DNA of 64,000 nucleotides, taken from the NCBI GenBank assembly GCA_002269645.1, contig NIVC01002050.1, positions 145,315 through 209,314 of the forward strand, written 5' to 3'. The notes under the pieces were generated by a model. That model was not told the DNA's origin and made no database searches. It saw nothing but the letters and a program-made list of their open reading frames with translations. Source of the DNA: Macrostomum lignano (lineage: Eukaryota). Positions 53,700 through 64,000 of this stretch are shown here, one piece after another (positions within the stretch are counted from its first letter, which is position 1; each line of letters opens with the position of its first letter). The translations under genes were made by a program, and so were the position numbers.

Positions 53700-55884
53700 T
53701 CAAATGTGATTTAGCGGCTGCAAGTTCAATCTGAACGCGTGCACCTGCGACTTCACCTTCTCCCGGCGCTCCAACAGGTAGATGATCTGCATCTCGGGGC
53801 TGTACACTGAGCAGTAGGGACTGAAGCTCAGGCCGAGGCGCAGGGCCAGGCAGAACCGAGGCACCTTCTGGCCGTGCTGCAACCGTCTTCTGTACCCGCA
53901 GAAGCAGTACACGTCCAGACTCTTCTCCATCTCCTTGCTCAGCAGCACCGTCTTGTGCGTGTCCTCGGCCTGGATTGTGACCTCGCCAATCATAGGAATA
54001 TCCTCGGCAAAGGAAGTTAACCTGAAGCCGGTCTCCAGGTGGAACACAATCACTCGGCCATCATTCTGCACAGCAACCAGGAAGGTGCTCATGAGCACGC
54101 TGGCGCTCAGCGGTCTGTGCAGGAAGCCCCGGCCAATCAGTAGACTGGATTCCTCCGACATCGGCTTGCTCATGTCGAACTGTATGATGACGTCATTTCT
54201 AGGACGGGTTTTTTAATATTGGGCGTCAGGTATATCAGCAGTTTGCATTAACAGATTGAAGAACAGACTAAACAGTCGCCACACTTGTAAGGTAAAAATT
54301 ATATTCTTCTCTTTGCCACTTTTTCAGCGTTTAAAAATTCTTGTGCATTGTAACAACATCATAGGCGCGTCGTCACCGGGGGGACAGGGGGGATGCATGC
54401 TTTGTCTCCCATCCCACCTTGTGACCCGTTGTGGTAATCAATAATTTTTCTTCAGTGCGCCAAAATGAATGCCTGCGGCGCCAAAATGAATGCCTGCGGC
54501 GCCAAAATGAGTGCCTGCGGCGCTAAAAGGAATGCCTGCGGCGCCAAAATGAGTGCCTGCGGCGCCAAAATGAATGCCTGCTGCGCCAAAATGAGTGCCT
54601 GCGGCGCTAAAAGGAGTGCGTACGGCGCCAAAATGAGGGCCTGTGGCGCCAAAATGAGTGCCTGAGGCGCTAAAAGGAGTGCGTGCGGCGCCAAAATGAG
54701 TGCCTGCGGCGCCAAAATGAGTGCCTGCGGCGCCAAAATGAGTGCCTGCGGCGCCAAAATGAGTGCCTGCGGCGCCAAAATGAGTGCCTGCGGCGCCAAA
54801 ATGAGTGCCTGCGGCGCTAAAATGAGTGCCTGCGGCGCCAAAATGAGTGCCTGCGGCGCCAAAATGAGTGCGTGCGGCGCCAAAATGAGTGCCTGCGGCG
54901 CCAAAATGAGTGCCTGTGGCGCCAAAAGGAATGCCTGTGGCGCTAAAATGAGTGCCTGCGGCGCCAAAAGGAATGCCTGTGGCGCTAAAATGAGTGCCTG
55001 CGGCGCCAAAATGAGTGCCTGCGGCGCCAAAATGAGTGCCTGCGGCGCCAAAATGAGTGCCTGCGGCGCTAAAATGAGTGCCTGCGGTGCCAAAATGAGT
55101 GCCTGCGGCGCCAAAAGGAATGCCTGTGGCGCTAAAATGAGTGCCTGCGGCGCCAAAATGAGTGCCTGCGGCGCCAAAATGAGTGCCTGCGGCGCCAAAA
55201 TGAGTGCCTGCGGCGCTAAAATGAGTGCCTGCGGTGCCAAAATGAGTGCCTGCGGCGCCAAAAGGAATGCCTGAGGCGCTAAAATGAGTGCCTGCGGCGC
55301 CAAAAGGAATGCCTGTGGCGCTAAAATGAGTGCCTGCGGCGCCAAAAGGAATGCCTGTGGCGCCAAAATGAGGGCCCGCGGCCCCAAAAGGGATGCCTGC
55401 GGCGCCAAAAAAAAGGTTTTTATCCTTGAAATTCAACGCCAGTGTACGTCGTACATAAAAGTTGTGCATGCACATATACTCACCGTCGGTCGGTCACAAA
55501 TATATAGTTGCCGGTCAGCACCAAGCTGGTGAGGTACCTGTGCCAGATCTCGTACTGATCAAGCACCTGGCCACGACGATTCGCCTTAACCAGCTTGCCG
55601 TAAGGATTCGTGAGAAACACGACGAACTCGTCGTTAACTGCCAGCGACGTGGCCGTGAGAAGCCAGGCCTGCACGCTGCGGTCCACCTTGAAGTTGTCGG
55701 CTCGGATCGCGAAGTTGCTGACAAATCCGTGATGCGGGTGCAACGCAAGCAGCCGATTCTTGGACCTGTCCAGTTCCAGCATCTCGACCGGCTCGGTGAT
55801 GAATGATTCATGGAATTGAAGGTAAAGCGACTCGTCAGTGCTATCTCTGGATTGTGAGCTTGCCGAAACCACTGCATCGTTCAT
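53700..55884 (-). CDS. Uncharacterised probable beta-propeller (NHL/YWTD-like) protein, ~299 aa; exons 55884-55484 and 54198-53700
   Basis: GTGAG donor at 55483 and TAG acceptor at 54199 join in phase (900 nt); repeating short beta strands such as YIFVTDRRRNDVIIQFD and FLVAVQNDGRVIVFH; N-terminus uncertain (extra donor-like site near 55910). Confidence 0.65.
54465..55410. repeat. 21-bp intronic minisatellite, about 45 copies, preceded by a MITE-like end at 54360
   Basis: (ggcgccaaaatgagtgcctgc)n. Confidence 0.95.
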
Positions 55885-56169
55885 TTTTTGGACAATATAC
55901 GCGTACTCACTTCTCTTTGGTATAGCTGATTAGTAAAGTGCAATTTACTTTGATTAAGGGCTTATAAGTTCCTTAATATTTAGCCCGAGGTTTGCAAAAG
56001 CATTGCCCCTAGATCGGTTAGTCTATGTGCTGCGGCTCTCATGCAGTCGATGAAACGTTGCAGACTTGCAGCATTACCAACTATATGATATATACTTATA
56101 GACGTCCAATGCATATCCGGAATGTAACAAACCGCTATGCTGTATATAAACTAACCTGCTAATCTCTGT

Positions 56170-57480
56170 CAGCTGGCAACAACACCCTCTGATCTCTCTA
56201 GCTAGCAACAACACCCTCTGATCTCTCTAGCTGGCAACAACACCCTCTGATCTCTCTAGCTGGCAACAAACACCCTCTGATCTTCCTAGCTGGCAACAAA
56301 CACCCTCTGATCTTCCTAGCTGGCAACAACATCCTCTGATCTTCCTAGCTGGCAACAACACCCTCTGATCTCTCTAGCTGGCAACAACACCCTCTGATCT
56401 CTCTAGCTGGCAACAAACACCCTCTGATCTCTCTAGCTGGCAACAAACACCCTCTGATCTCTGATCTCTCTAGCTGGCAACAAACACCCTCTGATCTCTC
56501 TAGCTGGCAACAAACACCCTCTGATCTCTGATCTCTCTAGCTGGCAACAACACCCTCTGATCTCTCTAGCTGGTAACAAACACCCTCTGATCTCTGATCT
56601 CTCTAGCTGGCAACAAACACCCTCTGATCTTCCTAGCTGGCAACAACATCCTCTGATCTCTCTAGCTGGCAACAACACCCTCTGATCTTCCTAGCTGGCA
56701 ACAAACACCTGATCTCTCTAGCTGGTAACAAACACCCTCTGATCTCTGATCTCTCTAGCTGGCAACAACACCCTCTGATCTCTCTAGCTGGTAACAAACA
56801 CCCTCTGATCTCTCTAGCTGGCAACAAACACCCTCTGATCTCTGATCTCTCTAGCTGGCAACAACACCCTCTGATCTCTCTAGCTGGCAACAAACACCCT
56901 CTGATCTTCCTAGCTGGCAACAACACCCTCTGATCTTCCTAGCTGGCAACAACACCCTCTGATCTCTCTAGCTGGCAACAACACCCTCTGATCTCTCTAG
57001 CTGGCAACAACACCCTCTGATCTTCCTAGCTGGCAACAACACCCTCTGATCTCTCTAGCTGGCAACAACACCCTCTGATCTCTCTAGCTGGCAACAAACA
57101 CCCTCTGATCTCTCTAGCTGGCAACAACACCCTCTGATCTTCCTAGCTGGCAACAACACCCTCTGATCTCTCTAGCTGGCAACAAACACCCTCTGATCTC
57201 TCTAGCTGGCAACAAACACCCTCTGATCTTCCTAGCTGGCAACAACATCCTCTGATCTCTCTAGCTGGCAACAAACACCCTCTGATCTTCCTAGCTGGCA
57301 ACAACACCCTCTGATCTTCCTAGCTGGCAACAACACCCTCTGATCTCTCTAGCTGGCAACAACACCCTCTGATCTCTCTAGCTGGCAACAACACCCTCTG
57401 ATCTCTCTAGCTGGCAACAACACCCTCTGATCTCTCTAGCTGGCAACAAACACCCTCTGATCTCTCTAGCTGGCAACACA
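56170..57480. repeat. ~27-29-bp minisatellite
   Basis: (ctagctggcaacaacaccctctgatctct)n with variants. Confidence 0.95.
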
Positions 57481-57622
57481 CTCCACTGTACCTGGCTGGT
57501 TAAGATTCGTCCATCTAGCCTAACAAAATTATTATGTAATATGGAAGCAAACGCTGTCATTTAAGGTTATTACAGACATACGGACGTACCGCGGCATTCA
57601 AAACACTTTGTAGGCAGCATTA

Positions 57623-57850
57623 GAAACATTAGTCTCTTTTTGTATAGTCTTAATTATCAGAGCGGATTAGTCTCAACTTGAAACATTAGTCTCTTTTTGT
57701 ATAGTCTTAATTATCAGAGCGGATTAGTCTCAACTTGAAACATTAGTCTCTTTTTGTATAGTCTTAATTATCAGAGCGGATTAGTCTCAACTTGAAACAT
57801 TAGTCTCTTTTTGTATAGTCTTAATTATCAGAGCGGATTAGTCTCAACTT
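57623..57850. repeat. 57-bp tandem repeat, 4 copies
   Basis: aaacattagtctctttttgtatagtcttaattatcagagcggattagtctcaacttg x4, near identical. Confidence 0.95.
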
Positions 57851-58332
57851 ACAGCATGAGGCCGCTCGGTTTTACGTAATAAATATTTTATTTTGATGCA
57901 TAATTTAAGTAAAAATCAAAACTGGAGGATCAGATCACGACAGAACAGGTGAGAGTAAAAAATTAGACAGAGCAAAAATCTTCAACTTTGCTTTTCTGTT
58001 GGATTGAAAAGCGAGCAAACAAAGGCATTAGTATAGCTTTGTTCAACAGCAGGTTCAACGGCATGAAAGTAGCATTTGTGACGGGAAATGGCGATTTTTG
58101 AAGGATTTTCATCGGTCTTGCTTAGGACTTACTCAATGACATCTCCATGGCCACTAGTTTTATGCTTGTATTCACTTGGTTCTGCAAACATCATTCTGTT
58201 TTTGTCTCACTGTCTGCTTGTGGGGAAAGTTGCGCATTAAAGCCAACAAAATATCAACACCTTTTCGTTAAATAAAGTGATACAAAACCGCGTTCCGCTC
58301 TGTTTACACATCGCATCGTAGCGCGCATGAGT

Positions 58333-61300
58333 TTAAATCTCGATAGGCTTCGGCCGCGGCTTCCTGATGTGCCGCATGTTGGAGCCCGGCTCAGTCGGCT
58401 TGAACGGCGCGTGACCGCCGTAGGGCCTTGGGATTGGCAGCTCCACCTCGTCGTTGGGGATGTAGGCGTTGGGCCGCGGCTCGGCCGTCGTGACGCCGCC
58501 ATGGCCGAGCACGAACTGTTCCTGCTGGGCCGCCTGCGCCTGCGCCTCCTGCCGCTCCGTCCGCCGTCTGTCATCCACCATGCGCGACTTCAGCCACTCG
58601 GCCTCGATGTCTTCGGAGGGCGGCTCGCCGCGTTCCATTCGCTGATAGCAGGACTGCAGGTACTGCTGCTTGTCGCGCACCTGCTGCTGCAGTTGCATAG
58701 CTGTGCTCATTAGCATCGTTAGCTCAGCGGTGCCGGCCTTCATGCGCTTAGTGACCGTGCCCATGCGGAACTTGTAGCCATTGACCTCCTTGGCTAGAGC
58801 CAGGGTGTCGTGCTGGCCAGCCTTGCTGCGCCGTTCCAGCTGCTCAGCCAGCCGGCTGACCGCCTCCAGCAGCAGCTGTCGCTCCAGCAGTTGTTCCTCC
58901 TTGGCGGCCAGCCGGATCTCCATGTCCTCACACTTGTTGTGCAGTTCGATGGGGCCCGGGTCGGCGCCCTCCAGGTAGCGCAGCCGGCCAGCGTGGGTTG
59001 GATCCTCCGTGCGCGACTCCATCTGCAGCAGCCGATCCTGACAGATGCTCAGCTGGATTTGCAGCACAGTCAGCTCGTCCTCGACTTGGCGCTTCTTCGG
59101 CACCTTCTTCTTGGCCAGCTGAACCTGGCGCTCCTCTTCTTTCAGCTGGAGGCGCAGGAAGTCGAGCTCCTCCTCGCGCTGGCGCAGCTCCAATTCGCCG
59201 CGCTGGATGACAGCCTCCTGGACGCGGACCTTCTCTTGCAGCACGTAGACTTCTTCGTTGCGCTCGATCAGCTGAACGGCGCGGTCGTTCAGCAGCTGGA
59301 CGGCGCGATCCGATTGCTTTCGCAGCTGAACCATAGCCTCCTCGGAAGCGTTCACCAGCCCGTTGAGCTGGTTGATGTCCAGCTTGAGCTGCTCGCGCAC
59401 CTCGTTCTGCTCGTCGTCGCTATGGCGCTGCTTACTTACCTAGGGATGTAAGGACACCGGGTGAAGCAGTTTTGTATGGCTGGAAGCGGTTAAGCATCAC
59501 TGTTACGCATACACCTCATCATATTATACTCTATTATATACATGTAGACTGTCTTGAATAGCAAATAAATTCCCCCCTTCCAGTCTAAAACTTACATCAT
59601 TTCGCAGCTGGTCTCGCATCACTATCGAGTTGGCGTGCCGCAGACGCAGCTTCTGCAAATGCTTCTCCCGCGTGCCGATGTTCGTTCGCAGAATTTCAAC
59701 CTCGTTCTCCAGGATGCGAATCTTCTCGCGCATCTCCGCCGCCTTCTGAGCGGCTACTTGGACGAGGCTGACGCACTTGTTGCGCTCGTTTTTGATGACG
59801 TCGTACAGCTTAGCGAAGTCCTTTAGCTTCACTTCCAGCTCGCGGTGCTTCTTCTGGTGGTCCTGAATTTGCAGCTGTCGGCTCTTTAGGTCTTCGATCA
59901 CCCGCTTGTGTCGCATCTCGGCTTTCATGAAGTCCCTCGCCTTCTGCTCCCGTTCGTCGGCTTTGATCGCGGCCAGGCGGGTCAGCTCAATCACCTCGAT
60001 GCGCAGGTCCTGCAGCTTGTACTGAAGCCGCTCCTCGTCCTCGATGCTCTGCGTCACCTTCACCTGCTCCGCCGATGTCAGCGTCGTCTCCTGGGCAACG
60101 TTTCGCCTGAAATCTTCGACTTCCTTGTCCAAGACCGTCTTCCGCTTCACCATGGAGCCATCATCGCGGGGCACGCTATCATAGTTCTGCTTGGTCTTCT
60201 CGTGCACTTGAGTGACCAGGGCAAGCGCGTCTTCGCTGGCCTTCTGCTGCAGCTGCGCTTTCTTTAGCGACTTGAGTTCCCGTTCCTTCTCGCGCGCTTT
60301 CCGGCTGTGCGTCTCCATCAGGTTGCGGCGCTCCAGATTCAAGTGGCGCAGGTTCATGTCGATGGTGGCCCTGTCTGTCACTACGGTCATCTCTTTCTGA
60401 CGCAGCTCCTCCAGGTCGCCGTTGATTTTGTCTAGCGTCTCCTGGCTCTTTGTGTTGCTGGCAACCTGCTGGGTGGCGTCGTGCTTCACGGTCTCCAGGT
60501 CTTTGGCCAGCCGTCGGGAGGCCTCCTCCAAGCTCTCCAGTTGCTTCTGCATGCCGTCGATCTCATTTTGACGCTCTCTAGTTTCCTTTTCGATGTCAGT
60601 TTTCTGCTTTCGTACTCGCTCTGTCTCCTTGTTTAGCTGATTGGGCAAGCCGCTAACTTTGATTAGGTCGGACTTTTTCTGGTCCAAGTATTCCTTAACC
60701 TTTTCCAGCTCCTCGCGTAGCTCGGCGGTCTGCTGCTCCAGCTCGCGCTTAGCCTCAGTTGTTTTCTTCTGCTCTCGAATCCGCTTGCTGATATCGTCTT
60801 GCAGCTCCACCGTGTCCTGCTCAAGCTGCTTGCACCGCTTCTCAATGTCGTCAGCCTTGGGAATTCTGTCATACTCGCGTTTGAGAATGTCCCGCTCCTC
60901 CTTGAGACACTGGATCTTGTACTCGAAGTCGTAGACCCTCTCTTCGGTCAGCAGCAGCTCATTGTTGTACTTAAGCAGAGTTTCGCGAAATTTCTCTGCC
61001 TCAGAAGAGACATTGTCCGGGAAATTGTCCTGCTTGCCCAGTTCAGCCCGTTGGTGCTCCAGCTCCAGGGTGTGCTGCTTGGCTTGCTGAAGCAGCTGAA
61101 ACTCTGAGTCGCGCGATCGCTTCAAGAACTCGAACAGCTGCATGTACTTCGCCTTGAAGATGGCTACCTCAGTGCCAGTCAGTTTTCCCTGATTGAACAT
61201 GTCGTCAAGGTTCTTGAATGCCGGGCTGTTGCTCACTGTCAGCTGGCCCTCAGACTCCAGCGTTGCCTTCGTTGGCGGCAGCGCGTACACTGGGGCCTCG

Positions 61301-61473
61301 TAGTCGTCGTCGACGTCCGGTAGGTCACCGCTGTCGGCCGGACTAGTCGGCTCCAGGCCGAAGGCGTCCTCGTCGTCCGCATCTTCGTCCTGCTGCAGAT
61401 CTGCAGGCAGCTCCTCCTCTTCCTCGTCTGGGCCTCGCCTTGCGGGGTCGTCTTCGTCACCAAGCGATGCCAT
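58333..61473 (-). CDS. CCDC146: Coiled-coil domain-containing protein 146 (MBO2-like), ~994 aa; exons 61473-59596 and 59439-58333
   Basis: Long coiled coil; FAKLYDVIKNERNKCVSL; C-terminal TTAEPRPNAYIP..LPIPRPYG..APFKP..PGSNMRHIRKP..KPIEI signature; phase-0 156-bp GT-AG intron. Confidence 0.92.
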
Positions 61474-61659
61474 ATCGCCGTGACAGATGCAGTGTTACTC
61501 CTCGGCTAGCGTTTGTCGGCTAGAGAGCTTCGCTAAAAGAATTTAGGCTTTTAAAAATACAAATCCTTCTTAGAAAGAAGCTTTGGAAGTTTTTTACCTC
61601 AAGCCAGGTTTTCTAGCTATTTTCTTCTTTTGCTTGCAATGAAATATTGTGCATTTAAA

Positions 61660-61690
61660 TTCGCGCCCTAGCAACCGGCCTTAGCGACGG
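61660..61690. promoter_or_regulatory. Candidate RFX X-box half-sites upstream of CCDC146
   Basis: ttcgcgcccTAGCAACcggccTTAGCGAC about 200 bp upstream of the ATG of a ciliary gene. Confidence 0.35.
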
Positions 61691-63419
61691 CGGCTTTCAG
61701 CGCGCATTTTCTTCTGGGTGAGCGGGCACGGGGCGGAGTGCTTGTCTAAGGTGTACACCTGAGCGCAGAGTGTACGGACTGTGGGTCTGGAGTATGAAAA
61801 GTGAACAAATACGCTCATACCCCCAGGTGAATTGGGCGAATGCTGGCAGATTCTGTCTCTCTCCTCTCCCCCCTCTCTTCACTCTCTTACCAGATGCATG
61901 TTCTCTCAGCCTTTAGTGTCAAGTGTAACACTGGCCCGCCCCTGCCGCTGGGCCCAACCCGTCCCCTATGAGAGCAACTCTGAACGATCATAAAAATTGC
62001 AGATAGTAAAGCAAGACAAAATATACGATGCGCGAGCTAAATTGCCTACTGTTTATTGAATTCTTAGTAGCAATTGTGGAGTTTCTTAATGTACATGCCA
62101 CTTTTACCTGACACTTTTACCATGAAAGAAACCAAGAAAAGATGTGAAAAGCCGTCCACTGCATGGCAGAGAAAAAAATGAATTCTAAGTCTAAAACTTA
62201 CATCATTTCGCAGCTGCTTCTTGAACGCCCCCCCCTAAGCGGGCCGGATTACTGTTGTGAAGTTTCAAAGTACCGGAGGGCCAGATAGAGAGGCTCTTCG
62301 AGCCGCCCTTGGATTAGGCGAAAGCAGGAATAGGCCTCTGGATCTGATTCATGCTAGCCCGAGCATGTACTCACTTCGACTTGTCGACTTGTCGAACTGC
62401 TCTACACACGCGTATTCAAACTTGTTCATTGAAGCTTTCAGTAAGCCTGGAGCGCAGATGGTCCTCTAACCATGTAGATCTATGTGTGTACCAACCATAA
62501 TAGGCTACAGTCAGTAGAAGAACCTTATTGATTATGAAATTAAAGCTCGACAAAAGTTTCCAGTTTAGGTAGCCGACCATCGGCACCCATGACACGGTAA
62601 AGTCATGTATCGTCACATCGAGTGGAAGTCGGTGATGAAAAGTGATCGAAAAGCTCTTCAGCTCTATAAGGCTGATTATGATTCTGCAATTCTGTAGGTC
62701 TCTTTATAACTTGATGACCACTACGAATAATTGACAGTCAAACCTATAACCATATCCAACAATTTAAGCCTTATACTCTTATCCTTATAAATTTATCATA
62801 AACATCTCGAATCCTAATTCTTTTGTATGATGAGGACGCACTTTTTCCAAATCCGCGCTAGCACATGGGCTCTGAACTTACTTGCCTACTAACAGTGGGC
62901 AGTGGGCATTTTTATCCTTTTTCTGCGAATTTTCATAAAATTTATACTAGATATAATGTCTGGTCATACTAGTAGTCATAATAACATAGGCGCAGCTTTT
63001 TGGGTCATAAATCATCGCTTTCGAAGCTGGTCTGACAGCCACCTGCGCCTCACTCAGTGTTGAGGCGGGCGCCAGATGGTCTGAGAGGATGCGGGCGGTA
63101 GCTTTTTTTCTCATCATTTTGACAGGCCATCAAGATTTATGAGGTCAGAGCCTATTGTTCGGGTTCACTCAAGCGTGTGACAGCTTTGACAGCTATGCGT
63201 TTTACCCCTAAAAGTACTTTGGGATTAGCGATTAGCGATTTCTCTTCAGTATCTTCACTTTCTATTTAATAAGAGCTTTCTAATGTATATTTTTTAATTA
63301 ATTTCCGTCAATCCTACGCGAAAAGTCATAAATCATTTTGTTGCGATTTTGAGTGATTTATGGCCGCACCTGTCATCTTTTTACGACCCTGTGGGAACTG
63401 ATAGGATCTCTCGGTCACG

Positions 63420-63560
63420 TGATTCCGGGTAGCAACAAGCTTAGCCAATCAGAAAATTCGGCGCTCATTTTAACAAAACGGCTCAGCCAATCAGAATCGA
63501 CGTGTTCCATTATAACAAACTGCGGTCCAGTTGGCGGCTATTTAAACCGGTGTTTTTGGC
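63420..63560 (+). promoter_or_regulatory. Promoter-like block: two AGCCAATCAG boxes and a TATTTAAA element
   Basis: cttagccaatcag and ctcagccaatcag about 40 bp apart, followed by ggctatttaaacc; no downstream CDS identified within the window. Confidence 0.3.
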
Positions 63561-64000
63561 CCGCTCGGACCTGGTCCTGTTCCGACTCTGGCCTGGTTCC
63601 TACTCCACCGGCCCGGAACTGACCGTCGTTTCTTGATCCCCGGATTGCGACTTCCCCCATCATCATCAAGGACGAGTCCCCCGGTCATCAGCAGCGGACA
63701 TAAAGTTAAGAGCATCACCTGCTAGCTAACAGCGAAGATTGTGACAGCATCATCCCGAGTCTACAGCTGCAGAGCATCGAGCCGATTCGGTCACTGTGGA
63801 TTACCTGGTCTCCGGCTGTTGAGTTCTGATTGGTTGGGTGAGAGGCTACCTACACTTGCTTGATTGGGTGATCCCTTATCTGTCCCTGTTTCAGTAGCTG
63901 AATTAGGTGCACACTTTTGCTCATTTTGTTCAGTAGTGCTGTTGCTGAGGCAGAAATCATTCAATAATACTGCTAGTAGTCTAAGACTCCAATTCAATCT

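Noticed and set aside
54438-55475. GAAGTHF / APQALIL / MSACGAK repeat ORFs
   Set aside because: Lie within a phase-consistent intron and are produced by a 21-bp repeat

Overview
Eukaryotic (metazoan) genomic DNA. GC-rich coding islands with poly-Ala/Gln/Gly runs, GT-AG introns, AT-rich spacers and about 18 kb (~28%) of tandem repeat arrays. The style is reminiscent of a free-living flatworm such as Macrostomum, but this is inference only. Ten protein-coding genes are supported: a ZDHHC24-like palmitoyltransferase with a degenerate HFHC motif (+); an Rdx/SelW-fold protein lacking CxxC/U (-); an uncharacterised 4-exon gene (-); a Snail-family C2H2 factor with no visible SNAG (-); CFAP96/C4orf47 (-); a PHD-F-box-LRR protein (+); a TMEM179-family gene (-); a synaptobrevin/VAMP (+); a probable beta-propeller protein (-); and CCDC146 (-). 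Mobile DNA: three hAT-type MITEs with 8-bp TSDs, a foldback-like element and two LINE remnants. No tRNA, rRNA, CRISPR or hammerhead ribozyme could be supported. Main leads: (i) 7 of 8 reconstructed introns contain their own private minisatellite; (ii) several arrays are built from transcription-factor-like motifs (E2F-like, YY1-like); (iii) two adjacent apparent pseudoenzymes; (iv) a CCDC146 exon that starts with a perfect donor (AG|GTAAGT), plus an exact 29-bp copy of its exon/intron junction upstream of the gene. All coordinates were read by eye; array edges are approximate.
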